DNA of 64,000 bases from an uncultured bacterium (GTDB lineage: Bacteria; Oederibacteriota; JAAXVQ01; JAUVAV01): the NCBI GenBank assembly GCA_963710755.1, contig CAVQBK010000001.1:32001-96000 (forward strand), given 5' to 3'. Position 1 is the first letter of the stretch. Each line of letters starts with the position of its first letter. Position numbers and translations under genes: made by a program. This document shows, one piece after another, positions 8,386-21,397 of the stretch. Below the pieces are notes generated by a model, which saw only the letters and a program-made list of their open reading frames with translations, did no database searches and was not told the origin of the DNA.

Positions 8386-9651
8386 GTGGCCAAAGCACCA
8401 TCTTCGAAAAGTATTTCATGCTCGTTTTGTGGCAAGACCTCGAGTGCGGCCCGCAAACTAATTAAGGGGCCTGGCGTCTATATCTGCGATGATTGCGTTG
8501 CTTTTTGCAATGACATCTTGGCTCACGAGACCTCAGCCAGTGTCCATCAAGAAATAACCCTGCCGAAACCCAAGGAAATTAAAGAAATATTAGATCGCTA
8601 CGTGATTGGTCAGGATTATGCCAAGCGGGTCCTGTCCGTGGCGGTGCATAATCATTATAAGCGCATTAATTTTCAACGCACGATGACCACTGATGAAGTG
8701 GAATTGACGAAAAGCAATATCCTTTTAATTGGCCCTACAGGAACAGGGAAAACCCTGTTGGCTCAGACGTTGGCTAAAATCTTAAAAGTACCTTTTGCTA
8801 TTGTGGATGCCACCACCTTGACCGAAGCTGGATATGTGGGGGAAGATGTCGAGAATATTGTTCTGAAATTACTTCAGAACAGCAATTACGAAGTGGATAA
8901 TGCTGTTCGCGGTATTATCTATATTGATGAGATTGATAAAATTGGGCGTAAAAGCGAGAACCCGTCCATCACCCGTGATGTGTCCGGCGAAGGGGTGCAA
9001 CAGGCCCTGTTGAAAATAATCGAAGGCACCATTGCCAGTGTTCCTCCCAAAGGCGGGCGCAAGCATCCACAGCAGGAATATGTCAAGGTGGATACGACCA
9101 ACATTCTTTTTATCTGCGGGGGAGCCTTTATTGGGCTGGAAAAAATCGTGGAAGGCCGGGTTGGTAAAAAGAGCATTGGTTTCGGTATGAAAGCGCAGGC
9201 GGAAAAACGCTTGTCACGTGATGATATTTTAAGCGGAGTTCACCCGGAAGATTTGATCAAATACGGTCTGATTCCGGAATTTGTGGGACGTCTGCCCATT
9301 GTGGCCAACCTGAACGAGTTGGATGAGGAAGCTCTGGTCAGGATTCTGGTGGAACCCAAGAATGCGTTGCTCAAACAATATCAAAAATTCTTTGAAATGG
9401 AAGATGTGAAGCTCACGATTACCAAAGAAGCCCAGAAAGAAGTGGCCAAAGAATGCTTGCGCCGTAAAACCGGGGCGCGGGGACTAAGGGCCATACTGGA
9501 AACGGTGATGCTCGATATTATGTATGAATTGCCGGGGCGGACGGATATCAGAGAATGTGTCGTGACTCCGGATGTGGTGCATCAAAAACAAGAACCGCTG
9601 TTGGTCTATCACGATTTGCCCCACAGCGATGAAGAGGCTAAATTAGCCTGA
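8386..9651 (+). CDS. clpX: Clp protease ATP-binding subunit ClpX
   Basis: C4 zinc finger [31 protein letters not shown] and IGF loops; GTG start with GAGGAGG RBS. Confidence 0.98.
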   Translation: MAKAPSSKSISCSFCGKTSSAARKLIKGPGVYICDDCVAFCNDILAHETSASVHQEITLPKPKEIKEILDRYVIGQDYAKRVLSVAVHNHYKRINFQRTMTTDEVELTKSNILLIGPTGTGKTLLAQTLAKILKVPFAIVDATTLTEAGYVGEDVENIVLKLLQNSNYEVDNAVRGIIYIDEIDKIGRKSENPSITRDVSGEGVQQALLKIIEGTIASVPPKGGRKHPQQEYVKVDTTNILFICGGAFIGLEKIVEGRVGKKSIGFGMKAQAEKRLSRDDILSGVHPEDLIKYGLIPEFVGRLPIVANLNELDEEALVRILVEPKNALLKQYQKFFEMEDVKLTITKEAQKEVAKECLRRKTGARGLRAILETVMLDIMYELPGRTDIRECVVTPDVVHQKQEPLLVYHDLPHSDEEAKLA

Positions 9652-9665
9652 AAGCAGGCCTGATA

Positions 9666-12116
9666 ATGAGTACTAGTTCTAAAACAAGCAACCATGGTGT
9701 TAGAAAAGAACTGCCGCTTATGCCTTTGCGTGATTTGGTGGTTTTTCCCCATATGATTGTGCCCCTTTTCGTGGGGCGCGGCAAATCGGTACAAGCGCTG
9801 GAAGCAGCCATGCTGGAAAACCGCATGATTGCTCTGGTAACCCAGATCCAGGCCCAAGTGGATGATCCCAACGAAGATGATATTTACAAGGTTGGGACCA
9901 AAGCCCAGATACTTCAGGTTTTAAAGATGCCCGACAGCACTATTAAAGTGTTGGTAGAAGGGCAGGAACGAATCCGTCTTAAACGGGTCATTTCCTATGA
10001 TAAATATCATGCCGCTGTTTTTGAGACCTTGGATAGCCGGATGGAGCAAACCTCCGTTTCCAAAGCGTTAATGCGCAATAATGTAGAATTATTTGAACAT
10101 TATTCGCGGCTAAATAAAAAAATTCCTTCCGACATCGTGGTATCCTTGAATCATATTGAGGACCCGGGCCGTTTTGCCGATATTGTAGCCGCCAACATCT
10201 TGTCCAAGGTGGAGGAAAAACAAAAACTCCTTGAAATAGTCGATCCCAATGAACGTTTGGAAGCCATCTCTAAATTGCTTTCCGTGGAGATTGAAATTCT
10301 TGAAATAGAGCGCCGCATTAAAGGCCGGGTACGCAAACAGATGGAAAGCACGCAAAAAGAATATTATCTCCATGAACAAATGAAGGCCATTCGCAAGGAG
10401 CTGGGGCAAAAAGACGAAGAGAGCGAAAATGAGGAATTACTCAAAAAAGTCACCAAAGCCAAGATGCCCAAGGAAGCTGAAGAAAAAGCCATCAAGGAAA
10501 TCGGGCGTTTGGAGCGCATGCAGCCAATGAGTCCGGAAGCTGCGGTAATCAGGACCTATATTGAATGGCTGGTGGCCCTGCCTTGGGCCGTAGCCACCAA
10601 GGAAAAGCTGGAGCTGAAAACCGTGGCCCGTAATATGGACAAGGATCATTATGGCCTGCGTAAAGTTAAAGACCGTATTCTTGAATATTTGGCAGTACGC
10701 AAATTGGCTCCGCAAATGAAAGGACCGATATTGTGTTTGGTGGGTCCTCCTGGCGTGGGCAAAACCAGCTTGGCCCGCAGTGTGGCTGATTCTTTGAACA
10801 GGAAATTTATTAGAATATCCTTGGGTGGGGTACGGGATGAAGCGGAAATACGAGGTCATCGTCGCACCTATATTGGCGCGTTGCCGGGCCGGATTATTCA
10901 AGCCCTGAAAAACGCCAAAACCAATAATCCGCTGATCTTGCTCGATGAGATCGACAAAATCGGATCAGATTTCAGAGGTGACCCTGCGGCAGCATTGCTG
11001 GAAGTCTTGGACCCGGAGCAGAATCATGCCTTTGACGATCATTATTTGGACGTACCTTTTGACCTGAGCGGTATTATGTTTGTGGCTACGGCCAACGTTA
11101 TTTACAATTTACATCCCACCCTCCGTGATCGCATGGAAATCCTTGATATTCCCGGCTATACGCTGGAAGAAAAAATCAAGATCGCCGAGCACCACTTGCT
11201 TGTCCGTTTGATTCAGGATCACGGCCTGACCAACAAGGATGTGGTAATGCCGAGAGCCATGATCGAAAAGGTGATCACCGAATATACGGCTGAAGCCGGG
11301 GTGCGTAACCTCAACCGGGAATTGGCTACGGTGATGCGTAAAGTGGCCCGCCTGAAAGTGGAAAAAAAGCTGGGGTCAGGGATGAAAAAAATCTCGGCGG
11401 CTGATATTGAGAAATACCTGGGCCCGCCCAAATTCTTAAAACGTAAAAGCGAGAAAAAACACGCCGTGGGTGTGGCCACGGGATTAGCCTGGACAGAATT
11501 CGGCGGGGAGATCCTGATGATCGAAGTAACCCTGATGCCGGGAAAAGGCCAATTGACCCTGACCGGTAAACTGGGTGATGTGATGAAGGAGTCCGCCCAG
11601 GCTGCGGTAAGTTATGCCCGGGCTCATGCCGAACAAATTGGCATTGACGAGCATTTTCACCAGCATACGGATATTCATATTCATGTACCGGAAGGTGCCA
11701 TTCCCAAAGATGGGCCTTCGGCGGGGATTGCCATTACCACGGCCATCATTTCCGCGCTAAGCGGCATTGCGGTTAATCGCAATGTGGCGATGACCGGGGA
11801 AATCACTTTGCGCGGTCGCGTGCTGGCCATTGGCGGGTTAAAGGAAAAATTACTGGCCGCTGTCCGTGCGGGTATTAAAAAGGTGGTTATTCCGAAAGAA
11901 AATGAAAAAGATCTTATTGATCTGCCGGTGGAGGTCAAAAAATCACTGGAAATTCATTCGATCGAAGATATGAGCGAAGTGCTGCCGCTGGCCTTGGTAA
12001 AACCGCTGGAGTGGAATATCGGAAAACGGAGCAATAAACCATTGCGTCTGCCCAAGACCACCGGCACTACCGCTGCCAATAACAGCGCCTATTTAAGCAA
12101 AATCCAAAAGCACTGA
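9666..12116 (+). CDS. lon: Lon protease
   Basis: LPLMPLRD N-domain, [26 protein letters not shown] catalytic Ser. Confidence 0.98.
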   Translation: MSTSSKTSNHGVRKELPLMPLRDLVVFPHMIVPLFVGRGKSVQALEAAMLENRMIALVTQIQAQVDDPNEDDIYKVGTKAQILQVLKMPDSTIKVLVEGQERIRLKRVISYDKYHAAVFETLDSRMEQTSVSKALMRNNVELFEHYSRLNKKIPSDIVVSLNHIEDPGRFADIVAANILSKVEEKQKLLEIVDPNERLEAISKLLSVEIEILEIERRIKGRVRKQMESTQKEYYLHEQMKAIRKELGQKDEESENEELLKKVTKAKMPKEAEEKAIKEIGRLERMQPMSPEAAVIRTYIEWLVALPWAVATKEKLELKTVARNMDKDHYGLRKVKDRILEYLAVRKLAPQMKGPILCLVGPPGVGKTSLARSVADSLNRKFIRISLGGVRDEAEIRGHRRTYIGALPGRIIQALKNAKTNNPLILLDEIDKIGSDFRGDPAAALLEVLDPEQNHAFDDHYLDVPFDLSGIMFVATANVIYNLHPTLRDRMEILDIPGYTLEEKIKIAEHHLLVRLIQDHGLTNKDVVMPRAMIEKVITEYTAEAGVRNLNRELATVMRKVARLKVEKKLGSGMKKISAADIEKYLGPPKFLKRKSEKKHAVGVATGLAWTEFGGEILMIEVTLMPGKGQLTLTGKLGDVMKESAQAAVSYARAHAEQIGIDEHFHQHTDIHIHVPEGAIPKDGPSAGIAITTAIISALSGIAVNRNVAMTGEITLRGRVLAIGGLKEKLLAAVRAGIKKVVIPKENEKDLIDLPVEVKKSLEIHSIEDMSEVLPLALVKPLEWNIGKRSNKPLRLPKTTGTTAANNSAYLSKIQKH

Positions 12117-12119
12117 TCT

Positions 12120-12740
12120 ATGAGTAGTCCTGAATTTAAATTATTGTGCACGGCGTTTACGCCGGAACAGTTCCCACCGGAAAAGGGCAGTGAAATCATC
12201 TTGATCGGCCGTTCCAATGTGGGTAAGTCGTCCCTTCTTAATCAAATCGCAGGCAAGGGTGCAAAAAGAACAGCCCAAGGGGCACGTGTTTCTCAAACCC
12301 CGGGCTGCACTCAGTCCATCAATTTTTATCACTATAAAGCGGACATAACCTTGGTGGATTTCCCGGGATTTGGTTATGCCCGCTGGCCTGCGCCCCTGCG
12401 ACGGAAGATTGAACAGTTAATCGAGCGTTATTTGTTCCATCGCAGCAATATGGCGTTGATCGTCCATATCATTGATGCCCGCTTGCCGTTGCAGAAAATC
12501 GACAGCACCATGTTGGCTTTGGGCAAGAAATTTAATAAGCCCTACTTGTTAACTTTGAATAAATGTGATAAATTGTCGCGGCAAAATATGCTGAAGAAAC
12601 GCAAGGAAATAGAAGACGTGACCAAGGCCTTTGGCTATGAGGTAAGTCTTTTAACGGCTTCCGCCCTTACCGGCGAAGGAATTGCGGCATTGAAGAGGAA
12701 ATTGCAGGAGGCCGCCGCGACTCGCCAGCAGCAAGCCTGA
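12120..12740 (+). CDS. engB: Ribosome biogenesis GTPase EngB/YihA
   Basis: GRSNVGKSS, TPGCT, DFPGFGYA, NKCD; canonical position after lon. Confidence 0.95.
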   Translation: MSSPEFKLLCTAFTPEQFPPEKGSEIILIGRSNVGKSSLLNQIAGKGAKRTAQGARVSQTPGCTQSINFYHYKADITLVDFPGFGYARWPAPLRRKIEQLIERYLFHRSNMALIVHIIDARLPLQKIDSTMLALGKKFNKPYLLTLNKCDKLSRQNMLKKRKEIEDVTKAFGYEVSLLTASALTGEGIAALKRKLQEAAATRQQQA

Positions 12741-12777
12741 TCCGCAGCGCCTTCTTCCAGAAAAGGAGCTTTCATCC

Positions 12778-13926
12778 ATGTTTTACAAAAATCGCTTAAT
12801 GACACCCGGTCCTACGGAAGTGCCGCCAACGGTTTTGGCTGAAGGCGGAAAGCCGATTATTCATCACCGTACGCCCCAATTTCGAAAAATATTAACCGAA
12901 GTGGTGGCTGGCCTTAAAAGGATATTTCGTACCACCAATGATGTGTTATTGTTTTCCGCCGCCGGCACGGGCGCCATGGAATCGGCTGTTATTAACCTAT
13001 GCAGCCCAGGGGACAAAATATTGGTGGCTTCCTGCGGTAACTTCGGAAACCGGTGGGCTGCCATTGCCAAAGCCTATGGGGTTCAATGTGACCACTATGA
13101 AGTGGCTTGGGGCGAGGCTGTAGATCCTAATGAAATCAAAAAGAGGCTGGCGCAGGACCCGTCCATCAAAGCGGTTTTTACCACCTTGTCTGAAACGTCA
13201 ACAGGTGTGGAATCGGATATCAAGGCTATTGGTGCTGAGGTAGAAAAAACCTCGGCGGTGCTGGTCGTGGACGCTGTTTCCGGCTTGGGCGCAACCGCCA
13301 TGGAAACCGATGAATGGCATGCCGATGTGGTGGCCGTGGGCTCACAAAAAGGCTTGATGATTCCGCCGGGCCTGGCCATGGTCAGCATTTCCGCCAAGGC
13401 CTGGGAATTAGCGGGCAAAGCAACCTTGCCTAAATTTTATTTCGATTGGAAAAAATCCCAGAAAGCCATGACTGACGAACCTCTGGCCAATACACCCTTC
13501 ACCCCCAGTGTTTCCCTGATCATGCAGCTCGCTGAATCAATTAAATTAATAGAGGCCGAAGGCTTGGAGGCTATCTGGGCTCGTCATGCCAAAATGGCGG
13601 AAGCTGCGAGAGCGGCCATGCAAGCCCTGGGATTGAAACTGTTCGCCACGGGCAAGCCTAGCAATGCAGTCACTTCGGTTTGGGTACCGGAAGGCGTGAA
13701 TGGCGGTCAGTTGTTTAAAACCATTCGTGATACCTACGGTATTACCTTGGCCGGCGGCCAAGGCCAAGTAAAAGGCAAAATCTTCCGGATAGGTCATTTG
13801 GGCTATGCCGATGATTGGGATGTCATTACGGCCGTAGCCGCAGTGGAACGGGCTTTAAAAGAGCAACATTATAAATTTGATTTGGGTAAAGGTGTGGCCG
13901 CGGCAGAAACGGTGCTTTTCAGCTGA
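12778..13926 (+). CDS. Class V PLP aminotransferase (alanine-glyoxylate/serine-pyruvate type; probable phosphoserine aminotransferase role)
   Basis: MTPGPT, ETSTGV, DAVS, GSQKG (PLP Lys), FRIGHLG; directly upstream of serA. Confidence 0.9.
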   Translation: MFYKNRLMTPGPTEVPPTVLAEGGKPIIHHRTPQFRKILTEVVAGLKRIFRTTNDVLLFSAAGTGAMESAVINLCSPGDKILVASCGNFGNRWAAIAKAYGVQCDHYEVAWGEAVDPNEIKKRLAQDPSIKAVFTTLSETSTGVESDIKAIGAEVEKTSAVLVVDAVSGLGATAMETDEWHADVVAVGSQKGLMIPPGLAMVSISAKAWELAGKATLPKFYFDWKKSQKAMTDEPLANTPFTPSVSLIMQLAESIKLIEAEGLEAIWARHAKMAEAARAAMQALGLKLFATGKPSNAVTSVWVPEGVNGGQLFKTIRDTYGITLAGGQGQVKGKIFRIGHLGYADDWDVITAVAAVERALKEQHYKFDLGKGVAAAETVLFS

Positions 13927-14018
13927 ACGGCCACAGGGGCATGGCGGAATGATGAAAAAAGGGGTCTGCCTATCCAGCCTGATGATAACGGTGGTAGGAT
14001 TGATAAATGGAGGGAATA

Positions 14019-15605
14019 ATGTTTAAAGTGCTGATTAGCGATAATCTGTCCAAAGAAGGACAGGATGTGCTTAGAAATGATCCTCAAATTGAACTCGATG
14101 CCCGGGAAAAAGTCACCCCTGAGGAACTGCTGGAAATCATTCCCAATTATGATGCCCTGATCATCAGAAGTGCCTCCAAGGTTACCAAAGAAGTGCTGGA
14201 TGCGGCCTGCAATCTGAAAGTGATCGGCCGGGCCGGTGTAGGAATTGATAATATCAATATTCCCGAAGCTACGCGCCGCGGGATTATAGTTATGAACACG
14301 CCGGATGCCAATACCATTTCCACGGCGGAGCATACGTTTTCCATGATGATGGCCGTATCCAGAAACATTCCTCAGGCCGATGCCTCCATGAAAGCAGGCA
14401 AGTGGGAACGCAAGAAATTCATGGGTACCGAAGTCTATGGTAAAACGTTGGGCGTCATCGGGTTGGGCCGTATCGGCACGGAATTGTCCAAACGCGCTCA
14501 GGCCTTTGGTATGACCGTTATTGCCAATGATCCATTTCTCACTGAAGAAAAAGCGGAACAATTAAATGTCCAACTGGGGACGCTGGATGAAATTTATTCC
14601 CAAGCCGACTATATCTCGGTACATACTCCCAAAAACAAAGATACAGAAGGCATGATCAATAAAGCTGCTTTTGGAAAAATGAAAAAAAACTGCCGCGTGA
14701 TCAACTGCGCCCGTGGTGGTATTATCAACCAGAACGATTTAAAAGAAGCCCTGCGCCATGGTACAATCGCCGGGGCGGCCCTGGATGTTTATAATGAAGA
14801 ACCGCCACAGGATCAGGAATTGGCCACCCTGACCAATTTGATTATGACCCCCCATTTGGGGGCTTCCACGGAAGAGGCTCAGATCAATGTTGGTATCATC
14901 ATGGCGGAACAAGTGATCGATGCGTTAAAGGGCGGCCTGATAAGAAATGCCGTTAATATTCCTTCAGTTCCGCCCGAGGTGTTGAAAGAAATAGCGCCTT
15001 ATTTGGAATTGGCGGAAAAGTTGGGACGCATTCAGGGTCAACTGATGGATGGCCAGCTTAAAAAGATGACAGTGGAATTTGCCGGCGAAGTGTGTAATTA
15101 TCCCACGGATTTAATGAGTGTATCCGCAGTCAAGGGTCTGCTTTCCAACATACTCTCCGAATCGCTGAATTTTGTGAATGCCCGCTTTGTTGCCAAAGAA
15201 CGGGGCATAGAGATCACGGAAACCACCAAAAAAGAGGCCGTGGATTTTACCAGCACCATTACGGTCAAAGTGGAAACTTCCAAGGAAACTCAGGAAATCA
15301 CGGGAACCGTGATCGGCAATAAACGGGAACCCTATGTGGTGTCGGTTATGGGCTTTCACACGGATTTTATTCCCAAAGGAAATTTACTCTTTTATTTGCA
15401 CCGTGATGAGCCGGGTATCGTGGGTCGCATGGGTTCCATACTGGGCAATGAAAAGGTCAATATTGCTGCCTTGCACATGGGAAGAAACAAAATAGGTGGC
15501 CAAGCCGTAAGCATTCTCAATGTGGATTCGGAAGTACCCCAAGCCATAATTGAAAAATTGGCGGAAACCGGCCAAATCAGCAAAATTAAATTAATTAAAT
15601 TATAG
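14019..15605 (+). CDS. serA: D-3-phosphoglycerate dehydrogenase (long form, ASB+ACT)
   Basis: GRAGVGIDN, GLGRIG, INCARGG, TPHLGASTEEAQ, C-terminal ACT DEPGIVG; ATG 14019 follows GGAGG. Confidence 0.96.
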   Translation: MFKVLISDNLSKEGQDVLRNDPQIELDAREKVTPEELLEIIPNYDALIIRSASKVTKEVLDAACNLKVIGRAGVGIDNINIPEATRRGIIVMNTPDANTISTAEHTFSMMMAVSRNIPQADASMKAGKWERKKFMGTEVYGKTLGVIGLGRIGTELSKRAQAFGMTVIANDPFLTEEKAEQLNVQLGTLDEIYSQADYISVHTPKNKDTEGMINKAAFGKMKKNCRVINCARGGIINQNDLKEALRHGTIAGAALDVYNEEPPQDQELATLTNLIMTPHLGASTEEAQINVGIIMAEQVIDALKGGLIRNAVNIPSVPPEVLKEIAPYLELAEKLGRIQGQLMDGQLKKMTVEFAGEVCNYPTDLMSVSAVKGLLSNILSESLNFVNARFVAKERGIEITETTKKEAVDFTSTITVKVETSKETQEITGTVIGNKREPYVVSVMGFHTDFIPKGNLLFYLHRDEPGIVGRMGSILGNEKVNIAALHMGRNKIGGQAVSILNVDSEVPQAIIEKLAETGQISKIKLIKL

Positions 15606-15614
15606 AAAAGGTAA

Positions 15615-16910
<1,296 letters not shown>

Positions 16911-16920
16911 ACTTTTTTGT

Positions 16921-16996
16921 GAGCCGGTAGCTCAGTTGGTAGAGCACCGCCCTTTTAAGGCGGCCGTCCTGAGTTCGACCCTCAGCCGGCTCACCA
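16921..16996 (+). tRNA. tRNA-Lys (TTT)
   Basis: Acceptor GAGCCGG/CCGGCTC, anticodon arm CCGCC-CTTTTAA-GGCGG, encoded CCA. Confidence 0.95.
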
Positions 16997-17181
16997 AAAA
17001 AAATATAATACCTCCCCTAATAATTCCTTTAAAACAAACTTAAAATACATATCCCGGCAAAATAAACCTACAAAATACCAAAAAAATATTTGACAAAAAA
17101 CATATAGCGCTATAAATTTAATAAGTAGGCATACGATCATCATTATTTATACATCTTTGAGGGATAGAAAGAAGGCCGATC

Positions 17182-19149
17182 ATGTTGTGCTTTTGTCGGC
17201 ACAAGGCAAATTCAGGGGCATTATTCATTCTGCTCATTGCTGTTTATTTTTTTTGGACACCCACCACCCATGCCCTTGACAAACAATTACAATCACTTAT
17301 AAATTTGACCCAGGCTCAACCCAACGATGCCAATGCGTATTTTAATCTGGGGGTTTATTATTTCCAAAACAGTCAATTTTCTGAAGCCCTGGCCCCCTTA
17401 TCCAAAACAGTAGAGCTGAATCCACAAGATGATGAAGCACATGTGGTACTGGGTGCCGTCTATTTACAGGTCGGTAAAAATGACCGTGCGGAAAAAGAAT
17501 TCAAACAAGCCCTGAAAATCAATCCCAAAAACATTGATGCACAAAATAATTTGAGTTTGGTTTACTTTACTCAGGAGCGCTACAACGATGCTGTCACCAA
17601 CTATCAGCTGTCTTTGAAAATTGATCCTAATAATATTCCAGCGCTCAACAACTTGGCCAATGTTTATGTAAAATTGAACAAGGCGGACGAAGCTGTTGAC
17701 TTATACAAACGGGTCATTAAATTACGGCCTGATGATGCCCAGCTCTATGACCGTCTGGCCCAGCTTTATTTTGACAACAACCGTTATGATGATGTGATCC
17801 GGATGTATGACCATAGCAAGGGTGAAATACCGGATAATGATAAAATGTTTACCAATTTGGGCTTTGCTTATTTGTACAAAAATGATTTGAAAGACGCCAA
17901 CCGTTATCTGCAAAAGGGCCTGGGGCTCAATCCCGGCAATCCGGAAAACTACTATGGGTTGGGACTGATTGCCTACCGGCAAGCCAACCTGGATTTGGCA
18001 GTGCATCAATTCAAGGAAGCTCTGAAAATTAAAAAGACCCATGAACCCTCCCTTTTTCAATTGGCCATTACTTATGAAGATAAAGGGGATTACAGCCATG
18101 CCCTTTATTACTATAAAAAACTCTACCGGATCAATCCCAAGAATTATCGGGTGTTGAAAAATTACAAGGCCGTGAAAGCCAAAGCTATTGATTACTTTCT
18201 GCGTAAAGGCAGCAAAGCCTATTTTAACAATGAATATCCGGAAGCTGTTAAAAACTGGAAAATCGTGCTTAAACTGGACGTCAAAAATAAAAATGCGCAA
18301 AAATTTATCCGCACCGCCAATCTCAAGTTATCCAACATGATCAAAGAACACAATGATCTTGCCGATTCTTATTACCGGCAGGGCCGGCATCAGGATGCCT
18401 ACCGCGAATGGCGCGGCGTGCTGGTGATGGATCCTAAAAATGCTCAGGCGCAACAGGGTATTAAAAAAGTTCGACTAAAACAAAACGAGAAGGATGAGAT
18501 TATCACCGCCGGCGCTATGGCCAAATTCAAGTCCGGTGATTTAAATACGGCTTTAAAAGAACTCAAAGAACAATTGAAAAATTCCCCCAAAAATGCCATG
18601 GCCGAAAACTATGTTTCCAGGATTCAGACCCAGAAAAAGAAGGGGACCGAAGAAAATTACCGCACCGGTGTTCAGTTGCTTTCCAAGGGTAAATACCGGG
18701 AGGCCATAAAATTTTTGGAGTCAGCTGCCGAAGCTGATGCCAAGGATCAGAGTATCAAGAATTTACTCTACAAGGCCCGCACCCAATTAAGGGAAAATAT
18801 CAAGGCTTTACTGGCCCGGGGTGATGAATTGGCCAACGCCGGACGGGTGGCGGAATCCAAAGGCAAGTACACTGAAGTGTTAAAATTAGATCCCAACAAT
18901 AATGAAGCCAGCGAAAAGATCGCCGCTTTGACCGGCAAAGTCGCTACGGTCACGGTGAGCAAGGAAGAAATTAAGAAATTATATTATGACGGCGTTTCCT
19001 TGTATCTGGATGGCCAGAATAAAAAAGCTATTGAAGTATGGCAAAAGATTCTTGTGCTTGATCCCAATAATCAGGAAGCGAAGAGTTCTATCACCAAAGC
19101 GGAAATGGAATTAAAAGAAATGGAAAAACGCGGTATCAAGGCCGACTAA
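17182..19149 (+). CDS. Exported tetratricopeptide-repeat protein
   Basis: Signal peptide ending THA; continuous TPR units (AYFNLG.., ALKINPKN.., VLDPNNQEA). Confidence 0.9.
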   Translation: MLCFCRHKANSGALFILLIAVYFFWTPTTHALDKQLQSLINLTQAQPNDANAYFNLGVYYFQNSQFSEALAPLSKTVELNPQDDEAHVVLGAVYLQVGKNDRAEKEFKQALKINPKNIDAQNNLSLVYFTQERYNDAVTNYQLSLKIDPNNIPALNNLANVYVKLNKADEAVDLYKRVIKLRPDDAQLYDRLAQLYFDNNRYDDVIRMYDHSKGEIPDNDKMFTNLGFAYLYKNDLKDANRYLQKGLGLNPGNPENYYGLGLIAYRQANLDLAVHQFKEALKIKKTHEPSLFQLAITYEDKGDYSHALYYYKKLYRINPKNYRVLKNYKAVKAKAIDYFLRKGSKAYFNNEYPEAVKNWKIVLKLDVKNKNAQKFIRTANLKLSNMIKEHNDLADSYYRQGRHQDAYREWRGVLVMDPKNAQAQQGIKKVRLKQNEKDEIITAGAMAKFKSGDLNTALKELKEQLKNSPKNAMAENYVSRIQTQKKKGTEENYRTGVQLLSKGKYREAIKFLESAAEADAKDQSIKNLLYKARTQLRENIKALLARGDELANAGRVAESKGKYTEVLKLDPNNNEASEKIAALTGKVATVTVSKEEIKKLYYDGVSLYLDGQNKKAIEVWQKILVLDPNNQEAKSSITKAEMELKEMEKRGIKAD

Positions 19150-19269
19150 TAGCTTGCTGCAATAAGACACCAATGACGATAGCCTCACAAGGCAGCTTGA
19201 GGATTGTTGTTCACTCGATTCGGATAAAGACCACCAAGAAACGAGATAAATTCAAAAAGGACCATCACT

Positions 19270-20796
19270 ATGACCACATCGCCCAATCAGTCTGTCCCGG
19301 AACACCCCCCTAAAAAAACAGGCAGTCTGAGATTAAAATTCGGGCTTTCCATTACCCTGCTGCTTACTCTGACGATTATCTTCATTACCTTTTTTGCCTT
19401 GCAAGGTGAACAAAACGCGCTTCGCCAGGAGATGGAGCAACGCGGTATTACCATTGCTAAAAACATGGCCAACAATGCCGCCAAACCGTTGCTGCGAAGC
19501 GAGATTCTGCTCCTGGCCTCCCTGGTCAACGATGCCATGGGCAACAATGGTGTACTGTATGTCACCATTGTGGATGAAAACGCCATGACCGTGGCCCATA
19601 ATAAAATTTCTGAATCGGGCAAGCCCTATGTGCCGCCATCATCGGTGATCCAACCGCTTAGTAATCAGAAAATTCTTATTTCCAGTGTGTTCACTTATAA
19701 AAACACCAAGACCATTGATATTGCGGTCCCGGTTTTGCTGCAAGACCGGGCCAAACTGGGGGAAGTTCATGTCGGCCTGTCCCAGGCCGCCATTGACGAT
19801 GCCATTAGCAATGCGGTTATGCGTATTATCGTTCTGGCCATTATTCTGATTGTGGCAGGGATCCTGGTTACCATGATTCTGGTCAGTGTTATTGTACGGC
19901 CTATTAAAGCGTTGGAACAAGGGGCGGAAATCATCGGTCAGGGCAACTTGGATTTTACCATTGCGGTCAATAGTAATGATGAAATCGGCAATTTGGCCCG
20001 TTCTTTTAACCGTATGACCGGCGATCTGAAGTTGGCCCAAAAGGATTTGATTGAAAAGGAAAAAATGGAGCAGGAATTGGAGACAGCCAGAAAAATCCAG
20101 GCAGTGTTATTACCCAGCGGTGATCCCCAAATCGAGAATTTTGAAATTGTTTCCTATTACAATAGTGCCAAAGAAGTGGGCGGAGATTACTATGATTTTC
20201 ATGAAATAGATCAACGTTTGCTGGGATTAACCGTAGCCGATGTCTCCGGCAAAGGCATCCCCGGGGCCTTGGGCATGGTCATGACGCGAAGTATTTTACG
20301 GTCACAAATTCATTTGGCCAGCGCCGGTAAAACCATCTCCAAAACCAATTCCTTACTTTACCATGACATCAAGCGGGGCATGTTCGTGACCATGCTTCAC
20401 GCCATTCTGGACCTGGAAAAGAAAACACTCGATTGCGCCAATGCCGGGCATAACCCGTTGATGATTGCCCACAAGGACGGCAAGGTTGAAGCCTTGCAGC
20501 TTTCCGGCATGGCCCTTGGCCTGGATAAAGGCGGACGTTTCGACAAAAAGATGGGCACCCAATCGGTGAAATTAGCCTCTGGTGACGTGTTCATCATGTA
20601 TACCGACGGCTTGACGGAAGCCATGAATCCAAAGGAAGAGGAATTTGAAGAACAACGCTTGATGGACGTTTTGGGTCGAAATGCCCATTTAAGTGCCAGA
20701 GAAATTTCCGATAATATCATCAAAGCTTTAAAAGATTTTACGGCCGGCGCCGCTCAATTTGACGACATGACCATGCTGACCGTCAAGGTGCTTTGA
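19270..20796 (+). CDS. Membrane RsbU/SpoIIE-family PP2C phosphatase with periplasmic sensor domain and HAMP
   Basis: Two TMs, HAMP NDEIGNLARSFNRM, EVGGDYYD, ADVSGKG, NAGHNP, YTDGLTEA, DDMT. Confidence 0.93.
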   Translation: MTTSPNQSVPEHPPKKTGSLRLKFGLSITLLLTLTIIFITFFALQGEQNALRQEMEQRGITIAKNMANNAAKPLLRSEILLLASLVNDAMGNNGVLYVTIVDENAMTVAHNKISESGKPYVPPSSVIQPLSNQKILISSVFTYKNTKTIDIAVPVLLQDRAKLGEVHVGLSQAAIDDAISNAVMRIIVLAIILIVAGILVTMILVSVIVRPIKALEQGAEIIGQGNLDFTIAVNSNDEIGNLARSFNRMTGDLKLAQKDLIEKEKMEQELETARKIQAVLLPSGDPQIENFEIVSYYNSAKEVGGDYYDFHEIDQRLLGLTVADVSGKGIPGALGMVMTRSILRSQIHLASAGKTISKTNSLLYHDIKRGMFVTMLHAILDLEKKTLDCANAGHNPLMIAHKDGKVEALQLSGMALGLDKGGRFDKKMGTQSVKLASGDVFIMYTDGLTEAMNPKEEEFEEQRLMDVLGRNAHLSAREISDNIIKALKDFTAGAAQFDDMTMLTVKVL

Positions 20797-20979
20797 GCCG
20801 ATGCGGAGGACTTTTTTTTAGGTATCGGAAGATAAGGTTGTCAGCCAGTAATGTTGAGATCAGGTATCGCTAAAAAACCATAGGGGAAGGGCATGAACGT
20901 AGCTGCGAGTTCAAAAAATGCTTTCTTTACAAAGGTTTTTGTGGTAAACTGCCTCCCTAATTGTAGGCGGAGGTGAGGG

Positions 20980-21336
20980 ATGAAGAAGATCAATGTGAAT
21001 GTTAAAGCATCTGATTTCAACCCGGCATGTACGGTGGTGGACGTTGAAGGATTCCTGGACGCCTATACCGTAGCCGAGCTGGAGGAAGCTTTTAACAACC
21101 TCATAAAAGAAAAGAAATTCAAACTGATCGTGAATTTAGCCAAATTGGATTATATCAGCAGCGCCGGCTTGGGGACATTTATGGGCGTGATCGATGAAAT
21201 CCGGGACAACGACGGTGATATTGTCTTAACCAATCTGTCGCCCAAAATTTACAAAGTGTTTGATCTGCTCGGGTTCTCAGAGTTGTTCGAAATCGTGGAC
21301 AACGAAACGGAAGCTGTGGCTAAATTTGCCGAATGA
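20980..21336 (+). CDS. STAS anti-sigma-factor antagonist (RsbV/SpoIIAA-like)
   Basis: LDYISSAGLG phospho-Ser motif, VFDLLGF; strong GGAGGTGA RBS. Confidence 0.93.
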   Translation: MKKINVNVKASDFNPACTVVDVEGFLDAYTVAELEEAFNNLIKEKKFKLIVNLAKLDYISSAGLGTFMGVIDEIRDNDGDIVLTNLSPKIYKVFDLLGFSELFEIVDNETEAVAKFAE

Positions 21337-21397
21337 GAACGATTGCGGCCAGCCAACTTCTGTTAATCCGGGATCCTTACTGTCACGAGGACCACTA

